64,000 nt of DNA from Breoghania sp. (GTDB lineage Bacteria; Pseudomonadota; Alphaproteobacteria; Rhizobiales; Stappiaceae): positions 74,026 to 138,025 of the forward strand of contig NZ_JASJAV010000017.1 in the NCBI RefSeq assembly GCF_030066895.1, read 5' to 3'. The notes beneath the pieces were generated by a model. That model was not told the origin of the DNA and searched no databases. It saw only the letters and a program-made list of their open reading frames with translations. How positions within the stretch are numbered: position 1 is the first letter of the stretch; the number at the start of each line of letters is the position of its first letter. This document shows positions 21,796 through 34,241 of the stretch, in pieces. The position numbers were made by a program, and so were the translations under genes.

Positions 21796-21840
21796 GGCGG
21801 TCGCCCGACCTTCCATGTCGCATGTCGGTGATTGAAAACA

Positions 21841-21872
21841 AAAAGCCCCGGACCAGAAGGCCCGGGGCTTTT
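21841..21872. terminator. Bidirectional intrinsic terminator between padC and the peroxiredoxin gene
   Basis: aaaagccccgg-accagaagg-cccggggctttt. Confidence 0.8.
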
Positions 21873-21933
21873 CTTGTGTCGGTCACGGCGTCGTCGGCCG
21901 GTCAGGAATATGACCGGCCGTGCGTGCGATGGC

Positions 21934-22480
21934 TCACGCAGCTTTCGTCTTGTTGGCAGAGCGCAGCTTCTCGAGGATGTTCTGCGGGGAGGAGACGCCA
22001 TAGGGGTCGGTCTCGCAGTTGTCGGAGAAGCCTTCCTCGACGAACCACTGCTCGACCTTGCCGTCATTGACGATGGCCGCATAGCGCCAGGAGCGCATGC
22101 CGAAGCCGAGATTATCCTTGCACACGAGCATGCCCATCTTGCGGGTGAACTCGCCGGAGCCGTCCGGGATCACCTCGACGTGCTCGATGTTCTTCGCCTT
22201 ACTTCTAGGCGTTCATCACGAAGGTGTCGTTGACGGCGACACAATAGATCTCGTCGATGCCCTCAGCCTTGAATTCGGGATAGAGCTTCTCGAAGTCGGG
22301 AAGCTGGTAGGTGGAGCAGGTCGGCGTGAAAGCGCCGGGCAGGGAGAACAGGACGACGCGCTTGCCGGCGAAAAAGTCGGCAGTGGTCTTGTCTTCCCAA
22401 CGGAACGGGTTCGTGCCGCCGATGGATTCGTCGCGCACGCGGGTGTGGAACGTCACATCGGGAAGAGACTTGTCATACAT
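21934..22480 (-). pseudogene. Peroxiredoxin (Prx5/redoxin family)
   Basis: [22 protein letters not shown] (TAG at the conserved Trp, 22205-22207), then a frameshift into IPDGSGEFTRKMGMLV.K.NLGFGMRSWRYA. Confidence 0.9.
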
Positions 22481-22801
22481 GGGATGGGGCTCTTTGTTTT
22501 TAAGTAGTCTAATTTGAAGTAGCCGTTGGTGCGAATTTCGGACGAGCGGGCGGCCGGATCAAGCACAACTTTTATGCAATGCACTTCAATAATAGTCGTT
22601 ATATTACAATAAATTGAAGTGACGTAACGTCATGAACTGTGCGGCTGCAGCAGGATCCGGGCAGGAACAGTACGAACCTGCGAATTTCGTCAATTTCGCC
22701 GCGGCAATTAAGCTTCGCAAAATGGGCTTCGCTTATTGAAGGGGGACAAGGCAGGCCGTATCGGCGGTGCGAGGCGAATCGGGGTCGCCAGGAGATAAGC
22801 G

Positions 22802-24312
22802 ATGACAGATGTTGAATTCGGCAAGCCGCCCGTGTTGGCCGTGGGCAACGTGCTCGCCGATGGGTCGCGAACGACGGCAATCCGGGATGCCGGGATCGCG
22901 CTGGAGACGGCTTCGGATGGAAACGCCGCGCTTGCCGTTCTGGCCGACAGGCGCCCGCGCATCCTGCTGCTGGGCGAAGAGCTTGCCGACATGAGCGGCG
23001 TCGCCCTGCTGCAGACGCTGGCGGCACGCAAGGTGTCGCGTACGAGCGTCCTGGTGGTGAGCGGTGAGGGCGCGCTCGATGCCAACCGCGTGCGCGGCGC
23101 CTACGATTTCCTGGTCGAACCGGTTGCGGACCTGAAACTGGTCACGGCGCTGCGCAATGCGCGCGAGCGGGCAGTCCTGCATGCCGCGGTGGAGGATCTG
23201 AGCCTCGATATGGGGCCTGCGGGTTATTTCGGCTTGATCGGGTGTTCTGTTGCCATGCGTTCGGTCTACCGGATGGTGGAAAGCGTCGCGCGCTTCGGCG
23301 CGATCGTCTTCATCACCGGAGAAAGCGGAACCAGCAAGGAAGTCTGCGCGGAGGCGATCCACAAGGCCGGTCCGCGTGCCAGCGGCCCGCTTGTCCGCGT
23401 CGATTGTGCGCCTTGCCTTCCGACCGGCTGGACGAGGAGATCTTCGGCTCTGCGGGCGATAGTGGATATGAAGGCTCTTTCGGCCCGCGCGGGACTGCGG
23501 CCAGCGCCAACGGCGGCACGCTCTTTGATTCGCGAGATCAGCGCGCTCTCCATCGATCTGCAGGAGAAATTCCTGAAATTCCTGCAGATCGGCAAGATCT
23601 AGCGTCCCGACGGCAAGGGCGAGGAGGTCGTGAAGGTCCGGGTCATCTGCGCCACCGATCACATCCGATGCAGGAAGTGGCAGCCGGGCGGTTCCGCGAA
23701 GACCTATTCTACCGCCTGCATGTCCTGCCGATCCACCTGCTGCTCTTGCGCGACCGGGAAGGCGATGCCGTCGAGATCGCCGCGCGCATGTTGCGCGAAG
23801 CGGCGGCGGAAGCGGGCAATGGATTTTGTAATCTCTCGCACGAGGTCCACATGCTGATCGCCTCCTACGACTGGCCGGGCAACGTGCGCGAGCTTCAGTT
23901 CGTCATCCATCAGGCCGTCGCAGATCACGAGGGCGAATTGTTGACGTCCGACATGTTGCCCGGAAAGATCTCCGGCGAAAGCGCGGAAGAGACAACGGAT
24001 GGGGAGGGCGCGCGCGAGGAAGACGTCGCCGCCGCAAACTCCGAGGCGGATGTCGCGGATAGCGAAGCCGCGTCCGAAGACAATGCTGATGTGGCCGACG
24101 GCGCGCCGTCCGGCACGACGGCATCGACGGGCGTCGGAGACGACGAAACATTGCGGATAGCCGTCGGCGAGACGCTTGCCGAGATGGAGCGTCGCTTTAT
24201 CGAGGCGACGATTGAGTCCTGCGATGGATCCTTGCCACGTGCGGCACGCATGCTGGAGGTCAACCCGTCCACTTTGTATCGCAAGCGTGAAAGCTGGTCG
24301 GAGGAGGCCTAG
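22802..24312 (+). pseudogene. Sigma54-type enhancer-binding regulator (REC-like + AAA+ + Fis HTH), disrupted and atypical
   Basis: FITGESGTSKE..AEAIH, WPGNVREL, AARMLEVNPSTLYRK. Frameshifts near 23410, 23520 and 23665; TAG 23600-23602; no GAFTGA; degenerate receiver; acidic linker before the HTH. Confidence 0.85.
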
Positions 24313-24500
24313 CCCGCTTTTCCGTGGGTAAGGCGCGCTGCGGCTCGTCCATTTTTCTGCGATCTGGTTTCTGCCCTTGTCTTGCTTTTTCTCCTGTAGG
24401 CGTCTTCACTTCACTCGCATGCTGACGCGGTGGGCGTTTTGGCCTGTCCCTCTGGCGGTTGATCGTGTGAAAATGGCCAAGACTACCGGAAGTAAGCCTT

Positions 24501-27500
24501 ATGCGTGGCTGACTGGTGCGACGGATCGGGGCCGTGGCGACGGTTTCAGCGGCAATTGCGGCCATCTGCGCCGTGTTTGCCGCGCCTGTTTCGGCTGAGG
24601 CGGTGGAGCGGCGGATCGTTACCGTGCCCGATGCGGACTATTTCGGAGCGGATTATTGCACCGTGAAGGATGTTTCGCTGGGAACGTGCAAGGCGGTCTG
24701 TCTCGGCGATCCCCAATGCAAGGCTTCACCTACAATACCAGCGCCCGCTGGTGCTTCATGAAGAGCGATTTCGGCGACCTGCAGAGTTTCGCAGGCGCAG
24801 TCGCGGGCCGCGTGGTGGAGGTGAAGGCGCAGGCCACCGCACATGACACCGAGACGCGACAGAAGGAGCTCGACTATCTGCCGTCCTCGATCCGGCAGGA
24901 GGCCCGGAGTTTCGCCGCAAGTCTCGCCACCCGCTACAATCCCGGATCCGTCGATCTCGACGCCTTGATCGACAATGCGGAGCGCTCCGTGTCCTCCGGT
25001 CGCCCCGTGCAGGCGGTGACCTATTTCGGCCGTGCGCTCATTCTGGCGGGCGAGCACTCCGATCTCTGGCTGGCGGCGGCCAAGACGGTGAATGCCGCGC
25101 GGTTGAAGGATTGGTGAGAGTCGCAGTTGATGCGCGAAAACGCCACCTCGCTCGCCGTCAACGCCTATCTGCGCTCATCCGGCGATGACGCCCGCATTCA
25201 GGCGCTCGAAGCGCTCGCCCTTTCCCTGCAGGCGCGCAGTCTCTGGAAGCCGACGATCCGCAGCTATCGCGCCGCCCTCGCCATCCGCGAGGATGCGCGC
25301 CTCGCGCCGACTACGACCGTCTCGTCAACGAACACGGCTTTCGCATCGTCGAGCATCAGGTCGATTCCGATGCGGCCGAGCCCCGTATCTGCCTGATCTT
25401 CTCCGACAAGCTGCAGACGCTGCGGCCCAATCTCGCCGACTTCGTCACCGTTTCCGGTGCGCCGGGAACATCGGTGAACGTGGAAGAGGCGCAGATCTGC
25501 GTCGACTGCGTCCACCACGGCGCGCGCTATCAGATTGCGGTGCGCCCGGGCGTCCCCGCTGCCGACGGCGAGACGCTGGAAAAGGGTGCGAACCTGACCG
25601 TCTATGTGCGCGACCGCGCCCCCTCGGTGCGCTTCATGGGCCGCGCCTATGTTTTGCCCGGCGGAGATGATCCGACCATTCCCGTCGTGACCGTTAACAC
25701 CAAGGAGCTTTCCGTCGAGATATACCGGGTGAACGACTGGGCTCTGGCCGAACTCGTGCGCGGAGACAACTTCCTCGATCAGCTCAATTCCTGGCGCGTC
25801 GACTAGATGGAAGAAGAGGTCGGATCGAAGGTCTGGGAAGGCACCGTCGAGGTCGGCTCGAAACTCAATCAGGACGTCACCACGGCCATTCCGCTCAAAG
25901 ATATCGGTCTGACGCTGAAGCCCGGCGCCTATGCCATGATCGCCCGGGTGCCCGATGACAAGGAGAACCAGTGGGGCCCCTTTGCGACCCAGTGATTCAT
26001 CGTGTCCGATCTGGGCCTGACCGCTTACACGGGGCGGGCCGGGATGCATGTCTTCGTCCGTTCGCTGACGAGCGCGAAGGCGGTATCGGGCGTCTCCGTG
26101 ACGCCTGTGGCGGCCAATAATGACGTGCTGGGCGAGGCGGTTACCGATGAAGGCGGGCAGGAGACCTTCGATCCCGGCCTCGTGCGCGGCACGGGCGGAG
26201 ATCGGCCCGCGGTTCTGAACGCTAGGCTGAAGGCAAAGGAAACCGGCCGAGACCGGGACCGTGGCGGCCTCAGGAACGAGGATTATGTGTTCCTCGATCT
26301 CACCAAGGCCCCCTTCGATCTGAGCGATGGCGGTGTGGACGGCCGTCTGGCGCCGGGGCCGCTTGATGTCTTCGCCTATACCGAACGCGGCGTCTATCGT
26401 CCCGGCGCGACCGTTCAAGCCGTAGCGCTGGTGTGCGACGGCAAGGCCATGGCGCAGCCCGACGTGCCCATGACCTTCGTCTTCTCGCGTCCTGATGGTG
26501 TCGAACAGCGCCGCTTCGTCGTGGCCGATGGTGGGGTCGGCGGGCACGCGATCGATCTCAGGTTTCCTGATGGCGCCATGCGCGGGACCTGGTCGCTCTC
26601 TGTTTATGCCGATCCCAAGGCCTCCGCACTGGCCAACCTTTCCTTCCTGGTGGAGGATTTCGAGCCGGAGCGGGTCGCCTTCGAGCTTGAGAGCGATGCG
26701 GAGCGCTTCGATCCAGACAATCCGGCCGAGATTTCCCTCAAGGCCGATTATCTTTACGGAGCACCCGCCGCCGACATGAAACTTGAGGGCCAGGTTTCGC
26801 TCATGCCAACGCGCGAATGGTCGGCCTTCAAGGGATATGTGTTCGGTTTGCAGGACGAGGAAGCCTATCCGAATTCTGGTCCGCTACCCTCCGGTCTCAA
26901 GACTGATGCGGAAGGAAAGCTCTCCTTCCAGCTCACGCTGCTCGATAGCCCGGTCGATACCCAACTTGCCAAGGCCGAGGTCGTCGCCCGGCTCGTCGAT
27001 GCGGGCTGGCGCTATGTGGAGCGCACGCTGGAACGCGAGGTCGCGCCGGACGGTGCGCGCATCGGTATCCGTCCGCTCTTCGAGGACGGCGTGGAGGAGG
27101 GCGGCCCGGCCGAGTTCCGAGTCATCCTGGTTGATCGTGCGGGCACGCAGATGGTGGGCAAGGGACTTGCCTGGACGCTGAGCCGGATCCGAGACCCGTT
27201 ACCAGTGGTTCCGCGCGAACGGATCCTGGCAGTTCGATGCGGTCAAGAGCACGCGGCGCGTGTCCAACGGTACACTCGATCTCACCGACAGCCAGGCGGG
27301 TGCGTTGTCGCTGCCTGTCGATTGGGGCCGCTACCGGCTGGAGATCGTCGGCGGACCGAACCAGACGGCGACCAGCGTCGAATTCACCGCAGGCTGGTAT
27401 GTCGCCAAGGCGAGTGCCGATACACCGGACGTGCTGGAGGTTGGCCTCGACAAGGAGCACTATCGCGCCGACGAGACCGCCAAGCTGCGGCTTGAGCCGC

Positions 27501-30060
27501 ACTTTTCCGGAACCGCGCTGATCGCGGTGATGGTCGACGGGCTGATCTACACCAAGGTGGTGCAGGTCGAAGGCGGGCACGAGACGAGCGTCGACCTGCC
27601 GGTTACTGAAGCCTGGGGCCCCGGCGCCTATGTCATCGCCACGCTCTACCGGCCGATGGATATCGCGGCAAAGCGCATGCCTTCGCGTGCGATCGGGCTG
27701 ACCTGGCTCGATGTCGATCCCGGCAACCGGGACATTTCTGTCGAACTGTCGCCGCACGACATGATGCGGCCGAACGGAACGCTGTCGGTGCCGGTCAGGT
27801 TGGCAAACGTCACGGCGGGCGAGGAGGCTATGTGACGGTCGCGGCCGTCGATGTCGGCATCCTCAATCTGACCCGCTACGAACCGCCCGCACCCGACGAC
27901 TGGTACTTCGGCCAGCGCAAGCTCGGCATGGAGATGCGCGATCTCTACGGGCAGCTCATTGACCGGATGGTGGGCACGCGCGGCTCGGTGCGATCCGGTG
28001 GCGACGGCGTGGGACTGCGTGCGGAAGGCTCGCCGCCGACCCAGAAGCCGCTCGCGCTCTTTTCCGGCATCGTGAAGGTCAATGCGGACGGGATCGCGAC
28101 GGTCGATTTCGACATTCCCGACTTCAACGGCACGGTAAAAGTGATGGCGGTCGCATGGAGCACGACCGGTGTCGGCCACGCGAGCGCCGATGTCATCGTC
28201 CGCGATCCGGTGGTGGCGACCGTCAGCCTGCCGCGGTTCCTCAATCCTGGCGACGATTCCCGCATGCTGGTAGAACTCGACAATGTGGAAGGGCCGGCGG
28301 GGCAATACACACTGTCCTTCACGGAGACGCCGGAAATCGCCATCGCGGCCTCCGATTCTGAGCTGACCGTCGATCTGGCTGAAAATGAACGCAAAACGAT
28401 CCGCGTGCCGATCGAGGGCCGCATCGTGCGGGGATGCGGAACTGGCGCTCGTCGTCAACGGTCCGAATAGACCGGTGGCGTCCAAGGCGCTGGCGCTCGG
28501 CGTGCGCGATCTCAGCCCGACCGTGACGCGGCGCTCCAAGGTGTCGCTGGTTTCGGGTCAGTCCATCTATATGGGATCGAGCATGCTGGACGGGCTGCGC
28601 CCGGAGGCTTCGCAGGTCAGCTTCTCTGCCGGTTCTCTGGCCGGGCTCAACGTGGTCGGGCTGCTCTCCTCGCTCAATCACTATCCGTACGGGTGTACCG
28701 AACAGCTCACCAGCGTCGCGCTGTCGCTCGTCTATCTGAACGAGGTGGCGGTTGCCGCGGGGCTTGCGAGCGACGACGCCCTGCGCGGACGGGTGAACAA
28801 GGCGCTCATCGGCATCCTCTCCAACCAGGCGTCGAACGGCGCTTTCGGCGTGTGGCGGCCCAACGACGACGGCCGCAGTCTGTGGCTCGACGCCTATGTC
28901 ACCGATTTCTTGACGCGGGCATGTGAGGCGGATTACGACGTGCCGGATCTTGCCTATACCCAGGCGCTCGACAACCTCGCCAACAGCCTGCCCTACGCAT
29001 CCGACTTCGATGACGGAGGTGAGGACGTGGCCTATGCGCTCTACGTTCTGACGCGGGCCGGGCGCGCTTCCATCGGCGATATCCGCTACTTCATCGATAC
29101 CAAGCTCGGCAATTTCGCAACGCCCTTCGCCAAGACCCAGCTCGGGGCCGCCGCTGCGCTTTACGGCGAACAGCGCGGGGCACGCACGGCCTTCGCCGCC
29201 GCTATCTCCGCACTGGCGACGCAGTCGGGCAAGTCGGTGCTCTACCGCTCCGATTACGGCTCCCACCTGCGCGATGTGGCCGGTGTGTTGGCCCTTGCCA
29301 CCGATTTCGGCAAGGTCGGCGTCGATCTCGATGCGCTGCGAAGCCGCGTTGCGGAGGCAGCTTCATCGCGGGCCCGGCTTTCCACCCAGGACAAGGTCTG
29401 GATGCTGCTGGCCGCCGATGCGCTTCTCAAGGGCGACAAGATCAGCGGGCTGACGCTCGACGGCAATCCTCTCACCACGCCCGCCTCCGCCCTTGTGGAG
29501 GGGACGACGCTAATGAACGCCGTGCTGCAGGTCTCCAACACGGGCAAAGACCCGGTGGAACTGGCCACCACGGTCACCGGGCCTGCGCTTGTCCCCGTGG
29601 TGTCGCGGCGGGCCGGGGCTTCACCCTGACGCGCGAGACCTACGACCTGAACAGCAAGCCGGTCGATGCCGCAGCCGTTGCCTAGAACGAACGGATGGTC
29701 GTGGTGTTGCGCGTTCAGGCGCTTGATGATCAATCCGCCCGTCTGATGCTGGTCGATCCGCTGCCGGCAGGTTTCGAGATCGACAACCTGAACCTGGTCA
29801 AGAGCGGCGATCTGGGTGGGCTCGACTGGCTGGCGCTGAATGACGACGCAACGCATATCGAATTCTGTGATGATCGTTTCGTGGTGACGTTCGATCGCAG
29901 CGGTTCGGGCCCGCGCAACGCCACCTTCGGCTATCTGGTGCGGGCGGTGACGACCGGCAGCTACGCACGTCCTGCCGCGCAGGTAGAGGACATGTACCGC
30001 CCCGGCCGCTTAGCACGCACGGCATCGGAACGTGTCGATGTCATCGGGTCCAACCGGTAG
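24501..30060 (+). pseudogene. Alpha-2-macroglobulin (YfhM-like, N-terminal PAN/apple domain), heavily fragmented
   Basis: PAN Cys pattern; TERGVYRPG, VEDFEPER, WGRYRLE, AVDVGIL.LT, YFGQRKLG, DFNG.VKVMAVAW, thioester YPYGCTEQ, LPAGFEI, EDMYRP. Stops at 24510, 25115, 25804, 25993 and 29683; frameshifts near 24725, 25310, 27195, 27830, 28430 and 29610. Confidence 0.93.
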
Positions 30061-30084
30061 GCGGAAGCGGGAGAGCATCGTGTT

Positions 30085-30205
30085 GCCCATCCTTCTAGAC
30101 GCGGCCTGGGGCCGCTCCTCAGAATGGCGTCATTGTGTTGATGGGTTCGAAAGAGCGCGCAACACCCACCTGAGGAGGCCCGAAGGGCCGTCTCGAAGGA
30201 TGGGC
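30085..30205. repeat. REP/MITE-like inverted doublet, family CATCCTTCGAGACG...CCTCAGGATG (copy A)
   Basis: gcccatccttctagacg...ctcctcagaatg ... cctgaggagg...cgtctcgaaggatgggc; homologous to 56364-56494 and 63635-63794. Confidence 0.8.
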
Positions 30206-30244
30206 CCCACGAAGACCACCTCAGTCGAAACGCGGAAACAGGCG

Positions 30245-32408
30245 ATGGTTGCACAGAGCGGCGAGACGGGACTGAGCGAAACCGGCAACAATCCGGCGCC
30301 TCGCAAGCGGCGTCTGATCTGCCGCGCGGGGGTGGTCGTCGGGTCCATATGCGCGCTCGGGCTCGCTCTCAACGTGTTTGCGCCGACTCTCGTCGATGAC
30401 CCGATTCCCGAGCCTTCCACCATTTCCCGTTCCGTAGAGGTGCTTGATCGCGACGGACGATTGCTGCGTGTCTATGCGGCTGCCGACGAGCTCTGGCGCA
30501 TGGCGGTGGGGCAGGGGGATGTCGACCCGAAATTCGTCCGGATGCTGCTCGCCTATGAGGATCGGCGCTTCTATCGGCACGGAAGCGTCGATCTGCACGC
30601 GCTCCTTCGCGCTGCCTGGCAGGGGCTTTAGGTCGGACGGATCGTGTCCGGCGGCTCGACCCTGACCATGTAGGTCGCCCGGCTGATCGATTGCGGCGGC
30701 GAGCGCTCGCTGATCGGCAAGATCCATCAGATACTGTGCACCTGGAAGATCGAGCGCCGTCTCGACAAGAAGGACATCCTCGCCCTCTACCTGCTGAAGG
30801 CACCCTATGGCGGTAATATAGAAGGTGTGCGCGCCGCCTCGCTTGCCTATTTCGGCAAGGAGCCGAAGTGGCTGACGGCGGCCGAAGCCGCTCTTCTGGT
30901 GGCCTTGCCGCAATCGCCGGAGCGCTGTCGTCCCGACCGTCATCCGCAAACGGCGCGAAAAGCGCGCGATCGCGTTCTGGAGCGCATGGCGAAGGCGCAG
31001 GTGATCACCCCCGGTGACGCGCGCGCCGCCGAGTGCGAACGCATGCTGGGCCGCCGCCGCGCCTTTCCCATGTTCGCCGCCCATGCCGCCGATCGCGCTG
31101 TCGCGGCGAATCCTGCGGCAACGCTCCACCGGTTGACCATCGATCGCCGTCTTCAGGCCCAGCTGGAGGACTTGGCGCGGATAAGGGCGGGGCGGCTTGG
31201 AACCAAACGCTCGGTGGCAATCCTCGCCATCGACCATGCAAGCGGCGAGATTCTCGCCTCTGTCGGATCTCCCGGCTATCTCGATCAGCGTCGGCAGGGC
31301 GCCATCGACATGATCCGCGCCGTGCGCTCGCCCGGTTCCACCCCGAAGCCGCTGATCTAAGGACTTGGATTCGAGGAGGGGCTTGCCGCCCCCCAAAGCC
31401 TGATCGAGGATCGGCCCGCGACCATCTCCGGCTATGCGCCGAAAAACTTCGATCATGAGTTCCACGGCACGGTCACGGTGCGCGAGGCGCTGGAGCTGTC
31501 TCTCAACATGCCCGCAGTGGCGATGCTCGATGCGGTCGGCCCCGCGCGCCTGATGGCGCGGTTGAGGGCGGCGGGTGTGGTCCCGGTCTTGCCGGAGGGC
31601 GAAGCGCCCGGCCTCGCCGGCGGTCTCGGGGGCATGGGCGTCACGCTGAATGATCTGGCGGGTCTTTATTGCGATTGCGCCATTGCCCGCGGCGGCCTGT
31701 CGGTCGCCCTGCGCGAAATGCGCGATGAATCGAAGGGCCCGGCCGCATCCGGCACGTCCAATGGTGCGGGACGGCACGTGTTGAGCAGCCTGGCGGCCTG
31801 GTATGTGAGCGATATCCTGTCCGGCACGCCGGCCCCTGTCGCGGCCGTTGGCGGTCGAATCGCCTTCAAGACCGGCACCTCCTACGGCTATCGCGATGCC
31901 TGGGTGGTCGGATTCGACGGAGATGTCGTGATCGCGGTGTGGACCGGACGGGGCCGCCATTCCCGGTGCAACGGGCTTTCGCGTCGCCGCGCCGATTCTC
32001 TTCGATGCCTTCGCACGCCTCGGGCGCCCGCCCTCCGCCTTGCCGTCACCACCGCCGGGGGTTCTGGCGGTTCCCGCCGCTGATCTGCCCGCGCCCTTGC
32101 GCGCGGTGCGGGTGAGCGGACGGGCCCCGACGCGCGACGGGCTTGCCATCACGTTTCCCCCCGACGGAGCCGTCCTCGACCTTGGGATCCAGGGCGTTTC
32201 AGGCGGCGACGGCGGGACGGCTGGCAAGGTGGTTCTGCGGCTCTCGCAAAGCAGACCGCCGTTCTACTTGTTTTCAAATGGGCATTTCATTGTGGCCTCA
32301 GCACATCGCAGAAGTATTCCATGGAAACCGGATGGAATCGGCTTCGCGACGATCTAGATTATTGATTCCTCAGGAAATTCAGCGCGAGCGCGGATAGAGA
32401 TTCGCTAG
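30245..32408 (+). pseudogene. pbpC: Penicillin-binding protein 1C, fragmented
   Basis: Follows alpha-2-macroglobulin (conserved pairing). EDRRFY.H..VD, SGGSTLTM*VARL, APYGGNIEGVRAAS, RSPGSTPKP, SLNMPAV, KTGTSYGYRDAW. Stops at 30629, 30671, 31358 and 32355; frameshift near 31945-31975. Confidence 0.92.
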
Positions 32409-32773
32409 GGCACGGGGCAAAACTGTCACGGTATTTCGCTCAAATAGGTGTTTTAAAACTACGTATAAGCCCTTGGAATCTTATTAAAAACTTAATATGC
32501 AGATCATCTTTGTGTTGTTCCTGCAACACCGTGGCCCAAAAGCGGCGCTGTTTGGTGTCCTCGCGTTTTTTGTTGGTTGAACCGTAGATCTATCCGGATA
32601 TGGTGATTTTGCGAACGGCGGGAACGTCGTACCTCAGCGTCTTTGGCGTGCGGACTCAGTAGAAGCTGACGTAGCATTTCGATAAAGATGCAAATCGCGG
32701 GGAAATGGAAGCGGTCATGAAATGGGTAGGGCCCAAGACCTCTTCCGTGTAATTTTGATTTGGAGGTCAGGAA

Positions 32774-33979
32774 ATGACTATGAAGACCCTCATCCTCGGC
32801 GCTGCGGCGAGCACGATCGTCGTTGCCGGCGCTCAGGCTGCGGACCTGCCGGTTGCTCCGGAGCCGGTTGATTGCGTCCGTATCTGCGACGCTTACGGCG
32901 CTGGTTACTTCTACATCCCGGGCACCGAGACGTGCCTGCGCATTGGCGGCGGCATGCGTGTCGAGTTCCGCTTCCGTGACTTCGCTGACGACGGCAACAC
33001 GGAGTGGGGCACCCGCGACGGTAATGGCACGACGGCCCGCGCCCGCGCCTACATGAAATTCGACTCCCGCACCCAGACCGAGTACGGCCTGCTGCGCACC
33101 TACGTCGACCTGTGGTTCACCGGTGATTCCGGCGGCGATCTGTCTCCGACCGTGACGCTGTGGGATGGCTTCATCCAGTTCGGTGGCTTCACCTTCGGTC
33201 GTGCCGAGTCGTTCTTCGACTTCTACACCGGCGACAACTGGGGCTCGCTGATCCAGCAGGGCTTCTCCGGTCACGGCACCAATATGTTCGCTTACACCTA
33301 CGGCTTCGGCAACGGCTTCTCGGCCTCGCTGTCCATGGAAGATGCGACCTTCGTGCGTGGCGGCATCATGAACACCGCCCTGACGCCTCTTACGACCACC
33401 GACCTTTACGGCGGTCACAAGTGGTGGCCTGACTTCGTCGCCAATCTGCGCGTTGATCAGGGTTGGGGTTCCGCTCAGGTCATGGGTGCTGTGCACCAGG
33501 TCTGGGGTGGCGATGCTCTCCTCGAGTCTGAACTCGGCTGGGCGATCGGCGCTGGCGTGACCTTCAATGCGCCGATGCTGGCTCCGGGTGACACCGTCAG
33601 CTTCCAGGGTGCTTATGCCGATGGTGCCGTGCGCTACGTGCATGAAGCCGCTGGCCTGCCGGATGCCATGGAAACCGTCGTTGGTACGGACTTCGAGACG
33701 ACGACCGGTTGGGGCATTGGCGGTGGTATCACCCACCACTGGACGCCGACCCTGTCGTCTGCTCTGACGGCCAACTACGCGTCCTTCGAGAATGACCGCG
33801 GCGCTCTGGCTGATGTCGATCTCGACCAGTGGGGCGTTCAGGGTAGCCTGGTCTGGTCGCCGATCTCTGGCTTCCTGATGGGTGTCGAACTCGAATACGA
33901 GAGCCAGGATCTTGCGGTTGGTGGCGTGTCTACCGACGACGATCTGGTCAGCATATTCCGCGTCCAGCGCACGTTCTAA
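32774..33979 (+). CDS. Outer-membrane porin, Omp2/RopA (Porin_2) family
   Basis: Signal peptide, AADLP..PEPVD.VRICDAYGAGYFYIPGTETCLRIGG, SRTQTEYG.LR, C-terminal RVQRTF. Intact. Confidence 0.93.
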   Translation: MTMKTLILGAAASTIVVAGAQAADLPVAPEPVDCVRICDAYGAGYFYIPGTETCLRIGGGMRVEFRFRDFADDGNTEWGTRDGNGTTARARAYMKFDSRTQTEYGLLRTYVDLWFTGDSGGDLSPTVTLWDGFIQFGGFTFGRAESFFDFYTGDNWGSLIQQGFSGHGTNMFAYTYGFGNGFSASLSMEDATFVRGGIMNTALTPLTTTDLYGGHKWWPDFVANLRVDQGWGSAQVMGAVHQVWGGDALLESELGWAIGAGVTFNAPMLAPGDTVSFQGAYADGAVRYVHEAAGLPDAMETVVGTDFETTTGWGIGGGITHHWTPTLSSALTANYASFENDRGALADVDLDQWGVQGSLVWSPISGFLMGVELEYESQDLAVGGVSTDDDLVSIFRVQRTF

Positions 33980-34004
33980 TCTGATCTCATAAGATTGGAT
34001 TGAG

Positions 34005-34037
34005 AGCCTGGCGGAGAAATCCGCCGGGCTTTTTTTT
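34005..34037 (+). terminator. Intrinsic terminator of porin 1
   Basis: agcctggcgga-gaaa-tccgccgggct followed by a T-run. Confidence 0.85.
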
Positions 34038-34241
34038 GTTTTTACGCGCCTGTGATGTGGGATCTGCACTTTTGCCAACGGTGATTGTATCTAGATGGCA
34101 ACAGACGTTTCAAAAGGGAAGCAAACGCTCTGTTTCGGAGCTTTGGAGAATTGCGGAGGCGGCGGAATACGCAGACCGTTGCGAAAAGTTGGGCGAACAT
34201 ACTGAAGCCCGCTGGAATCAGCCATTCAGGATTCGGAACCA

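Noticed and set aside
30032-30244. Extended N-terminus of PbpC as in the ORF track
   Set aside because: It reads through the REP element and overlaps the end of the A2M gene; the true start is more likely at 30245.
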